The position numbers were made by a program, and so were the translations under genes. A stretch of DNA of 64,000 nucleotides from an archaeon (GTDB taxonomy: Archaea; Nanobdellota; Nanobdellia; Pacearchaeales; GW2011-AR1): assembly GCA_043815245.1 (NCBI GenBank), contig JBDRJD010000008.1, forward strand, positions 163 to 64,162. Reading direction: 5' to 3'. The notes below the pieces were generated by a model. The model worked only from the letters and a program-made list of their open reading frames with translations, ran no database searches and was not told the origin of the DNA. Position 1 is the first letter of the stretch; each line of letters begins with the position of its first letter. This document shows, piece by piece, positions 56,311-63,593 of the stretch.

Positions 56311-57125
56311 TTTATATCATCAAACGCAGAAACCAGTCCATATTTTCTTCGTTCTATTATTTCCTTAATAACTCCATTTCTTTCTGCTATTTCATAAATT
56401 GGCTTTTTTCTATTTTCTTCATCAACTAATTCATCAATTCTAAACGCACTTGCAGCTTCCATAACTCTTTGAGAACCATAAGGTAAGTAAACTTTTATGC
56501 CAAAATGCGAGCTCATCTTATCTGATATTCCAAGATGATTTTCAATTAATCTTCCCATATCTTGTTTTAATTTTTCTCTACTTACTTCAGGATCCGAAGA
56601 TCTATGGCTATAATATCCCCCCATTAACTCATCAATAACATCGCAACATATCACCTTATCTGTACCTTCAGACAAAATTTTCATTAACATATAATAATTA
56701 TCAGGCCTATCCATATTAGCTCTTAGTATTTCATTTGAAGATCTTATATCTTCTTTAATGACTTCAGTAAAATGTAAAGTATGCCCTAAATTAATATGTC
56801 TTTCTTTTAGTTCTCCAAAAAATCTCTTAGCATAAACCATATCTGGATGTTCTTCATTTATTGCAAGTGTATGGGCTACCACTAAATCGGAAGTTCTAAT
56901 TTCTCCTAATAATCTAACTAAAATCAAAGAAGAATCAACTCCTCCTGAAAAAGCTAAATGAACTTCTCTTTCTTCTTTTAAAATTTCTCTGCAAATCTCA
57001 TTTACAGAACTATTAATTGCTCTTTCTAATGAATCAATTTTACTCTTATAACTTTTTTCAGAAACATTTGCTTCAAACTGATAATTCCTTATTCTCTCAA
57101 ATAATTCATCCTTTCCTACTATCAT
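56307..57125 (-). CDS. Asparagine-synthetase-like PP-loop ATP pyrophosphatase without a glutaminase domain
   Basis: 272 aa. PP-loop VHLAFSGGVDSSLI. AsnB C-domain-like CCDVIDELMGGYYSH and KVYLPYGSQRVMEAA. Confidence 0.65.
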   Translation of the reverse strand: MIVGKDELFERIRNYQFEANVSEKSYKSKIDSLERAINSSVNEICREILKEEREVHLAFSGGVDSSLILVRLLGEIRTSDLVVAHTLAINEEHPDMVYAKRFFGELKERHINLGHTLHFTEVIKEDIRSSNEILRANMDRPDNYYMLMKILSEGTDKVICCDVIDELMGGYYSHRSSDPEVSREKLKQDMGRLIENHLGISDKMSSHFGIKVYLPYGSQRVMEAASAFRIDELVDEENRKKPIYEIAERNGVIKEIIERRKYGLVSAFDDIK

Positions 57126-57372
57126 TCCTAGCTCCTATCACCCCACTTTCAACATGCCATCCTCCTTCCAGACACTCCTCGCTAAATTCTACTTTAACTT
57201 CCTTCTTCTCAAAGTCGTGTCCAATAGCTTCCTTCTTATCAATTTTATGCTTCCCACACTTACAGTGTTCAATCGAATACTGTGCATCTTCATGATCTCC
57301 ACCACAGTGATGAACTTTATGTCCTTCATTTTCATGATGCACATGATGAAACAATTCTAGTATCTCTCCCAT
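57106..57372 (-). CDS. His/Cys-rich miniprotein (putative metal-binding)
   Basis: I prefer the ATG at 57372 (88 aa), 1 nt after the upstream TGA. It has 12 His and 4 Cys (FHHVHHENEGHKVHHCGGDHED..EHCKCGKH). Confidence 0.5.
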   Translation of the reverse strand: MGEILELFHHVHHENEGHKVHHCGGDHEDAQYSIEHCKCGKHKIDKKEAIGHDFEKKEVKVEFSEECLEGGWHVESGVIGARNDSRKG

Positions 57373-57373
57373 T

Positions 57374-57994
57374 TCAATTTCCTTTTGAAATATAATGCTC
57401 AAACGCTTTTATAACTGCTGCATGAATATTATCTGCCAGCGCTTCATACTCTTCGTAAGTTGGGAAAAAATCATACTCTATCTTACTCCCATTTACTGAA
57501 AAATCAGATAAATTTGCTATCTCTGGTTCAAACCTCGACCCTTTGTAAATTTCCTGAACAGCTTCAACATTCCTATCATTCATTGCAAGAATCAAACCAG
57601 AGTCTGGCCTCACAACCATTTGCTTCATAGGCTCACTCAGCGCCTTTAAACTCTTAGCACCTAAAACCCTCTTTACACACCCCCATTCATACTCAAAAGC
57701 CTGCTCAATGGCTAATAAAGAAGCTTTATCATTTTCAGCTTTTACAGCTTCAATTAGCTTACTATCTAAAGCCTGAGTACTTACTCCTCTATCAAGGTAA
57801 GGTAATAAAAATTCTCTAGCTGCTTGGGGATCTTTCATTGACTTCTGCGCATCTAAAGCTCTAGAACCACTTGAACTTAGCCTTACTCCTACAAGCTGCT
57901 TATATCTTACTTTTACATCCCCTCCAATAGCTTCAGCTATAATGCTCCTGCAAACATTAGCTGAACAAGCAAACTCAACATCTGTGATAACCAT
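57374..57994 (-). CDS. Low-molecular-weight phosphotyrosine phosphatase/ArsC-fold protein
   Basis: 206 aa. N-terminal C-X5-R-S P-loop FACSANVCRSIIAEAI. Confidence 0.6.
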   Translation of the reverse strand: MVITDVEFACSANVCRSIIAEAIGGDVKVRYKQLVGVRLSSSGSRALDAQKSMKDPQAAREFLLPYLDRGVSTQALDSKLIEAVKAENDKASLLAIEQAFEYEWGCVKRVLGAKSLKALSEPMKQMVVRPDSGLILAMNDRNVEAVQEIYKGSRFEPEIANLSDFSVNGSKIEYDFFPTYEEYEALADNIHAAVIKAFEHYISKGN

Positions 57995-58028
57995 ACTCGT
58001 GACATAAATTATACGTATTTAAAGCTTA

Positions 58029-58700
58029 TTATGGAGTAAAAGAATTCAAAATAAACCTCATTATCTGGCCGTTAAAACCTGCAAAAATAGGTATTACTAA
58101 ATTATCATCTAATTTTCTGACTGAAGATTCTACAAGAGTTGAAGTTATTGCCATTACTCCTCCTACCGCAAATCCCACTACTAAAAGTCCAATAATCAAG
58201 TCAACTACAAATTGTGCCAGTACACCTTCTAAAGCCACATGGTTTGTAATCCACGTTCTGCCAAATCTCCTTCCAATTAAAGCAGCAGCTAAATCTCCAA
58301 AAGTAGTCATTAAGATGGCAGCAATTGCAACATCCAAATCAAACACTGCAAGAACAATAATTGTAGAAATTAAGAAAAATACATTACCCGCAATTGTCTC
58401 TTTTTCTTTTTCTCTATAAGCTAAATGTAGCAGGGGTATTTTCTTTCCAAGCTCAATCCTAATAAACTCTACTTCTAAAAATATAATCAATAAAAAGACT
58501 AAACTCGTCAACGCCCAAGTCTTGCCATAAGCAGATGAAAGATACCAAAATAAAAGTATGAAAAACAGCGAAAGCAAATGAATCATCTTTCTCCCTGCTT
58601 CTCTAGCTAAACTCCATTCTTTTTTGTTTTTTGGAGCCCTGCTAGGCTTCACCCTATTATAATGCGGTACTTTAACCTTCTCTACCCTCTTTTTTGACAT
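58029..58700 (-). CDS. Dolichol/polyprenol kinase-like (CdsA-superfamily) membrane protein
   Basis: 223 aa, polytopic. REAGRKMIHLL and TTFGDLAAALIGRRFGR motifs. Confidence 0.55.
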   Translation of the reverse strand: MSKKRVEKVKVPHYNRVKPSRAPKNKKEWSLAREAGRKMIHLLSLFFILLFWYLSSAYGKTWALTSLVFLLIIFLEVEFIRIELGKKIPLLHLAYREKEKETIAGNVFFLISTIIVLAVFDLDVAIAAILMTTFGDLAAALIGRRFGRTWITNHVALEGVLAQFVVDLIIGLLVVGFAVGGVMAITSTLVESSVRKLDDNLVIPIFAGFNGQIMRFILNSFTP

Positions 58701-58746
58701 ATTATAAATACGCTTTCCTCTTTTTTAAAGCTTAGTTTTGTATTAG

Positions 58747-58817
58747 TGGACCCATCGGGAATCGAACCCGAGTCTCATCGCTGCCAGCGATGTATCATAC
58801 CACTGGACCATGGGCCC
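58747..58817 (-). tRNA. tRNA-Ala (anticodon GGC)
   Basis: Reverse complement GGGCCCA..CATCG-CTGGCAG-CGATG..TCGGG-TTCGATT-CCCGA-TGGGTCC-A. The G3:U70 identity pair is present. No encoded CCA. Confidence 0.85.
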
Positions 58818-58841
58818 TAACTAAACCCTAGAATTAAAAGA

Positions 58842-58850
58842 ATTTAAACC
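58842..58850 (-). promoter_or_regulatory. TATA box (GGTTTAAAT on the minus strand) for tRNA-Ala
   Basis: Centred about 28 nt upstream of the tRNA 5' end (58817). Confidence 0.45.
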
Positions 58851-59081
58851 TTACTTCTTGTCCTTGTTTTTAACAACAAAATAATAGATTAAAGCCCCTA
58901 ATAAGTGTAAAAACACCACTATTATAACCCAGGCAATCTTCTCTCCATCTGTCTTAAACTTCCTAGTGGCCGCATCAACAATCATCCAAATCCAAAAGGC
59001 AGTCACTAGCACAACTAAACCTAAAATAAGCATAACTAACAAGATTATTGCAGGAAGGATAAGAAAAGCCCCACTTACCAT
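58851..59081 (-). CDS. PLD_nuc_N-like small membrane protein
   Basis: 76 aa, two TM helices. WIWMIVDAATRKF..KIAWVIIVVFLHLLGALIYYF pattern. Confidence 0.55.
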   Translation of the reverse strand: MVSGAFLILPAIILLVMLILGLVVLVTAFWIWMIVDAATRKFKTDGEKIAWVIIVVFLHLLGALIYYFVVKNKDKK

Positions 59082-59123
59082 GCCTACCCAAAGACTTATT
59101 TATTTAAAAAACTTCCTAGACCC

Positions 59124-59837
59124 ATGGAAATTCTAGATCTATTCAAGAAAAAGGTGGAAAAGCAAATTGATTTTTCAGTAGCAAAGCATATTGATGGAAA
59201 CTATGATGATTTTAAAAATCGCTTAAAAAAAGATAGCTTAATAGTTTTAATTACAGGGAAGAGAGGTTCAGGAAAAACAGCTCTTGGCTTTAAATTTTTA
59301 GAACTAGTTTCAGGAAAAAGAAAAGCTTATTACCTTGGAAAAGCAAAACTTCCAAGGTTCATTAAAAAAGTTGACGATATAAAAGAAGTAAGAAATGACT
59401 CGGTAGTTTTAGTAGACGAAGCAGCAATAACTTACTCTGCGAGAAGCTCAATGAAAAAGTCAAATAAAATTCTATCAGAATTAATGACAATTGCGAGGCA
59501 TAAGGGCCTTTCCTTAATTATAATCACTCAAAGTTGTATGCCTCTAAAAACAAAAATAATAACTGAAAAAGGAGTTCAATCGCTAGGAAAATTAAAAATG
59601 GGCGATAAGGTTCTTTCATATAATATCAAGAAAAGAAGACTAGAATTTAAAAAAGTTTTTGCCATATCTCCAATAAAAAAGCAAAGGGTGATAGAAATTC
59701 AAACGCAAGATGGAAAAATAATTAAATGCTCTCCTGAACATAAATTAATTGTTAAAAAAGAAGAGAAGTTAATTAAGAAAAAAGCCAAAGACCTCACAGA
59801 AAAAGATATATTATTCAAACCATTAAATACTGAATAA
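59124..59837 (+). CDS. N-terminal half of a fractured P-loop NTPase (Zot-like) fused to a split-intein N-fragment
   Basis: 237 aa. Extein residues 1-137 carry Walker A GKRGSGKT, Walker B VVLVDEA and ARHKGLSLIIITQS. From Cys138 (59535) the sequence reads CMPLKTKIITEKG..GDKVLSYN..IKCSPEHKLIV (intein blocks A/B), then TAA. Confidence 0.8.
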   Translation: MEILDLFKKKVEKQIDFSVAKHIDGNYDDFKNRLKKDSLIVLITGKRGSGKTALGFKFLELVSGKRKAYYLGKAKLPRFIKKVDDIKEVRNDSVVLVDEAAITYSARSSMKKSNKILSELMTIARHKGLSLIIITQSCMPLKTKIITEKGVQSLGKLKMGDKVLSYNIKKRRLEFKKVFAISPIKKQRVIEIQTQDGKIIKCSPEHKLIVKKEEKLIKKKAKDLTEKDILFKPLNTE

Positions 59838-61343
59838 ATTTAATCTTTACCATTTTTATATTCTAAAACACAGTTTCTAGAGCAAAATTTAGCCCTGCCC
59901 CTCTTTACATCAGCAGGATTTGGATAAAAAACCTCTTTACAATTTAAACATAATTTTTTATTTTTTTCATTAGTGAAGTCCGTCTGACATTTGTTAGAAC
60001 AAAATTTTCTGATTCTATATCTAGGTACAATAAATTTATTATTACAATTTTTACAATTTAAAGTGACTCTATGATAATTATTTTTGCAATTCAGATCACA
60101 AAATTGTTGAGTTAGGGCTCTTGAAGATATTGTTAGAAATTTTTGCCCACAGGATTTACATATTTTAGTTATAATTATTCTTCTTTTAGATTTTTTTATT
60201 GGAACTTTTTCTTTAGATATATTAACTAATTCAGGATTTTTATTGATAATATTTTTTATTAAACCTTCAGAATTATTATTTATTTGAGTTTCATTAAAAA
60301 CAAAAACATTATATCCTTTCTTTTTTAAATACTTAATTTTTATTTTGTCTTTATTACAAGATCTGGGAAACAATTTAGGATTATGCCAAAAATCTCCATT
60401 GCATTCAATAATAATATTAGGGGGAATAAAAAAATCAACAAAATAATTTCTTTTTCCAGATGCATTTTTAATAGGTTTTTCTTGCTCAAAATAAATGTTA
60501 TATTTTTCCAATAAATCTCTTATCTTAGATTCAATTAATGTTTCATTTTTAGATTTTTTAGAACATTCTTGACTGCAATACTGTTGAATTTCTTTAAAAT
60601 ATCTTGCTCTAATAAATTCTTTGTTACACCAGGCGCATTTGAGTTTGACCAATCCTCCTCCTTTAATTCTTTCTTCAACAGTTTTATTAGGAAAATTATC
60701 TCTACAAATTCTTGAGCAAAATATGCCTTCTCCTCTAACAAGTTTAGCTTGTTCAACATAAAAATCATTTTCACAAGTAGGGCAAATTTTATAAGAACCT
60801 CTCAAATTTTTTCCAATATAAGATTTATTTCTACATTCAATTGAACAATATTTGGCGGGATTTTTTTTAGAAGTCCAAAACCACTTTTGACATTTTGGAC
60901 ATTTAACTTTCTTATTATATTTATTTCTTATATAAATTCTAGTGCATTCACTTGAGCAAGTTGGTGCTTTGATTTTTTCTTGATAAGGCCATATATTATA
61001 ATTCTTACTGCAAATAGTACACTGCTTCTTCAGCACATTATTCTTTCGATTCATATGACATTTTCTACTGCAAAAAGTTCCCCCCCATTTTAATCTACTT
61101 TCTAAAATAAAGAATTCTTTTTTACAAGTAGGACATATTTGTTTAACTCTCTTTTTCATTTTGATACACAAACAGAAAGTCAGAAACATATATAAACTTT
61201 TCTTTTTTATTATAATTATGAAAAAACAAAATTTTGTTAGAATTAAGAATATAAAGAGATTGATTAAAAAAGAGTCTATGATAGACATCACTATAGAAGA
61301 TAATGAAAACTTTATCTTATCAAATGGCATATGCGTTAGTAAT
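59535..61343 (+). mobile_element. Split intein plus antisense endonuclease gene (selfish insertion inside the NTPase gene)
   Basis: Bounded by intein residue Cys+1 (59535) and the terminal Asn codon (61341-61343). It contains the endonuclease ORF on the opposite strand. Confidence 0.7.
59840..61159 (-). CDS. Free-standing homing-endonuclease candidate: Vsr/DUF559-like nuclease core flanked by 5+3 zinc-ribbon repeats
   Basis: I prefer the ATG at 61159 (MKKRVKQICPTCKKEF..), giving 439 aa. Eight CxxC..x10-16..CSxxC units. Core YFVDFFIPPNIIIECNGDFWHN..KKKGYNVFVFNETQI resembles the Vsr pattern (..FVdGCFWHgH..GW.V..vWEce). Confidence 0.7.
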   Translation of the reverse strand: MKKRVKQICPTCKKEFFILESRLKWGGTFCSRKCHMNRKNNVLKKQCTICSKNYNIWPYQEKIKAPTCSSECTRIYIRNKYNKKVKCPKCQKWFWTSKKNPAKYCSIECRNKSYIGKNLRGSYKICPTCENDFYVEQAKLVRGEGIFCSRICRDNFPNKTVEERIKGGGLVKLKCAWCNKEFIRARYFKEIQQYCSQECSKKSKNETLIESKIRDLLEKYNIYFEQEKPIKNASGKRNYFVDFFIPPNIIIECNGDFWHNPKLFPRSCNKDKIKIKYLKKKGYNVFVFNETQINNNSEGLIKNIINKNPELVNISKEKVPIKKSKRRIIITKICKSCGQKFLTISSRALTQQFCDLNCKNNYHRVTLNCKNCNNKFIVPRYRIRKFCSNKCQTDFTNEKNKKLCLNCKEVFYPNPADVKRGRAKFCSRNCVLEYKNGKD

Positions 61344-61604
61344 TCTGCAATGATAGATCTTAATGTAATGCGTCTAGCAGACACAATTATCTTTAAAGAG
61401 CCTTCTTTACTTCAAAGCAGGTTTGAAAGAAAAGCCTTAGTTGACTTATTTAAAAAAGCAGATGAAAATTTTAATAAAATTCCAAAAAAAGACAATAAGA
61501 AAAAATACTTCTATGTCTTAGATGACGAATTTGAAGGCCTACTTTCTTCAACGCTTCCTAGCTTTTGGAGTGATAAGATTTCCAAGAGTTTTGCTAAGTA
61601 TTAG
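61218..61604 (+). CDS. Split-intein C-fragment fused to the C-terminal half of the fractured P-loop NTPase
   Basis: ATG at 61218. 42 aa MKKQNFVRIKNIKRLIKKESMIDITIEDNENFILSNGICVSN, then +1 Ser (61344) and an 86-aa extein SAMIDLNVMRLADTIIFKEP... The track start at 61161 is an alternative-codon extension. Confidence 0.75.
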   Translation: MKKQNFVRIKNIKRLIKKESMIDITIEDNENFILSNGICVSNSAMIDLNVMRLADTIIFKEPSLLQSRFERKALVDLFKKADENFNKIPKKDNKKKYFYVLDDEFEGLLSSTLPSFWSDKISKSFAKY

Positions 61605-62246
61605 TTAAATCTCTTTTTCTTCACCAATTTTGAAAATCTCAACTTTAACAGGGCATTTTTTGCTAAATTCTTCGGGATTAGAGTTTATTACCGGAAAAGT
61701 GCCATAGTGTATGGGAACCACTTTTTTTGGAGAAATAAATTCTACAGCCCTTATAGCATCTTTAATGCCCAGAGTATATCGGTCTCCAATGGGTAGAATT
61801 GCAACATCAATATTTTCTTCTCCAATTAATTTCATATCTGAAAATAACCCTGTATCTCCTGCATGATAAATTGTTTTTTCTTTTTTCAAAATAAATCCTG
61901 CTGCAACCCCTAAGTTTGCTGAATGGAATGATGGAACCATTTTAATTTTCCAGGCTCCAACTACTATTTCGCCTCCAAGATTCATTCCTTCAGAATCTAG
62001 TCCTTTTGAAGCTGCTAGTTCTGCAATTTCGTGAATAGCTACAATTATTGCGCCATTTTTTCTCGCAATCTCAAAAGCATCTCCTAAATGGTCTTGATGG
62101 TCATGAGTAATACAAACAATCTTGCAATTTATATCTTCGAGTTCAATATTGCTTGTTGGATTCCCAGAAATAAAAGGATGAATTACTAGATCGTCGATAA
62201 TAAACCCTGAATGTCCTAAATATTTTGCTTTCATTAAAAGACTCAA
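61605..62246 (-). CDS. Metallo-beta-lactamase-fold hydrolase (UPF0173-like)
   Basis: 213 aa. CITHDHQDHLGD (HxHxDH) motif. Confidence 0.75.
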   Translation of the reverse strand: MSLLMKAKYLGHSGFIIDDLVIHPFISGNPTSNIELEDINCKIVCITHDHQDHLGDAFEIARKNGAIIVAIHEIAELAASKGLDSEGMNLGGEIVVGAWKIKMVPSFHSANLGVAAGFILKKEKTIYHAGDTGLFSDMKLIGEENIDVAILPIGDRYTLGIKDAIRAVEFISPKKVVPIHYGTFPVINSNPEEFSKKCPVKVEIFKIGEEKEI

Positions 62247-62288
62247 ACATAGTAACTTTTAAATATTATTATTAATTCTAAATTATTA

Positions 62289-63035
62289 ATGGAAAGCTTG
62301 CTTAAAAAATTAGGGTTAAACGCCTATGAAAGCCAGGCGTACCTAACTTTAATAAAATATAAAACTCTCGCAGCTAAAGATATTGCAAAACTCTCTAAAG
62401 TTCCCCCTACCGCAATCTATCCTAATTTAAAATCCTTAGAAAATAAAAATCTTATTTCACTTGTAACCAAAGATCCATTAACTTACAAGATAATAGATCC
62501 TAAAATAGGCCTTAAAAGTTTTAAAGAGTCAATAAAAAAATATTTAGATAGCACAGAAGAAGAAATTCTTAAGGAATTTAAGGACATTAAGTCTCCAAGT
62601 TTAGAAGAAGAGGAAGATTTTCTTAATATCCTAAAAGGATGGAAACAATCAGCTGAACTAGTAAAAAATCTTATTAGTCATTCAAGCAAAGAATTTCTTT
62701 TAATAAGTGGGATGACTGAAAAAACAGCTTATGTAATCCTCAATTCTGTAAAAAAAGCTCTAAAAAGAAAAGTGGATGTTAAGTTCATTATCAATCAAAA
62801 ACCAGATAAAAATAAAGGAATTTTAAAGGAGTTTACAGATTTAGGTGCGCATATTAAGTATTATCCTATGAAAAACTTTGCTTTAGAAGTCAGAGATTCA
62901 AAAGAATCAGTAATTGTTCTTAGAAATCCTAAACTTAAAGATAGAGTAGTAGTTCATATGATTAATCCTGACTTGGCAAAAGCCCATAGAGATTATTTTT
63001 ATACTATATGGAAAAAATCTAAACCCTTAACCTAA
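62289..63035 (+). CDS. TrmB-family transcriptional regulator
   Basis: 248 aa. N-terminal LGLNAYESQAYLTLIKYKTLAAKDIAKLSKVPPTAIYPNLKSLENKNLI wHTH. Confidence 0.75.
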   Translation: MESLLKKLGLNAYESQAYLTLIKYKTLAAKDIAKLSKVPPTAIYPNLKSLENKNLISLVTKDPLTYKIIDPKIGLKSFKESIKKYLDSTEEEILKEFKDIKSPSLEEEEDFLNILKGWKQSAELVKNLISHSSKEFLLISGMTEKTAYVILNSVKKALKRKVDVKFIINQKPDKNKGILKEFTDLGAHIKYYPMKNFALEVRDSKESVIVLRNPKLKDRVVVHMINPDLAKAHRDYFYTIWKKSKPLT

Positions 63036-63593
63036 AACCTCTTCTAATAACTCTGGGAATTCAATTTTTTCATTTGGTTTCTTTTGAATAAAATGTCCTC
63101 TTTCCTTCAGCTCAATTAGCTTGCCTCTCAAAACCTTATGATATAATTTAGCTGCCCTCTGAATTGCGGCCCAATCATTAGTTGAATTAAAAATAGTGAT
63201 TTTGTTTTTCGCAATGTCCTTGTCGATTTCAAAGTTATAAAAATTTTTGTAATATTCATTATCGTCATCGTCAAACTTTGCAGGAGCAACTAATATCAAT
63301 TTCTTAACTTTCTTCTTAGTTTCTCCCAACCATCTAACTAAAAAAGTTGCTCCAAGTGAATGCCCAATTAAAATTGTGTTTTTATTAACTTCTAACTTTT
63401 CAAATTCTTTTCTCCAATCTTCGTAAACAGGAAGCCAATTTTTGGGCATTAAAGGATTATCTGTTTTTATACCACTTTCTTCTAATTCTCGTTTTAACCA
63501 AGGAATCCAACTTCTTTCATTTTGCTGGGGGAAACCTTTAGAAATCTTTTTTTTATCATACAAGCTCGCGCCATGCACAATAATACAATTCAT
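63027..63593 (-). CDS. Alpha/beta serine hydrolase (YdeN/RBBP9-like)
   Basis: 188 aa. Nucleophile elbow LIGHSLGA. Small single-domain hydrolase layout. Confidence 0.65.
   Translation of the reverse strand: MNCIIVHGASLYDKKKISKGFPQQNERSWIPWLKRELEESGIKTDNPLMPKNWLPVYEDWRKEFEKLEVNKNTILIGHSLGATFLVRWLGETKKKVKKLILVAPAKFDDDDNEYYKNFYNFEIDKDIAKNKITIFNSTNDWAAIQRAAKLYHKVLRGKLIELKERGHFIQKKPNEKIEFPELLEEVLG

Noticed and set aside
55843-57402. Lasso-peptide (RiPP) cluster interpretation of the AsnB-like operon
   Set aside because: Lasso cyclases known to me are about twice as long and retain an N-terminal domain. I see no recognisable leader peptidase (transglutaminase-like) or RRE motif. The 88-aa His-rich protein does not look like a typical precursor. 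I keep this only as a loose analogy.
61161-61217. Upstream extension of the C-half ORF (MIHKQKVRNIYKLFFFIIIM)
   Set aside because: It starts at a non-ATG codon and encodes low-complexity sequence. ATG 61218 gives a 42-aa C-intein of the expected size.
61160-61384. N-terminal 75 codons of the track ORF 59840-61384 (MSARRITLRS..FLTFCLCIK)
   Set aside because: This hydrophobic, low-complexity sequence is simply the antisense of the intein C-fragment gene. The zinc-ribbon protein starts cleanly at ATG 61159 (MKKRVKQICPTC).
58747-61604. tRNA-Ala as the integration site of a provirus or integrative element carrying the Zot-like NTPase
   Set aside because: The NTPase locus lies on the 5' side of the tRNA, not downstream of its 3' end. 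I found no duplicated tRNA 3' fragment, no integrase and no other virus-like genes nearby.
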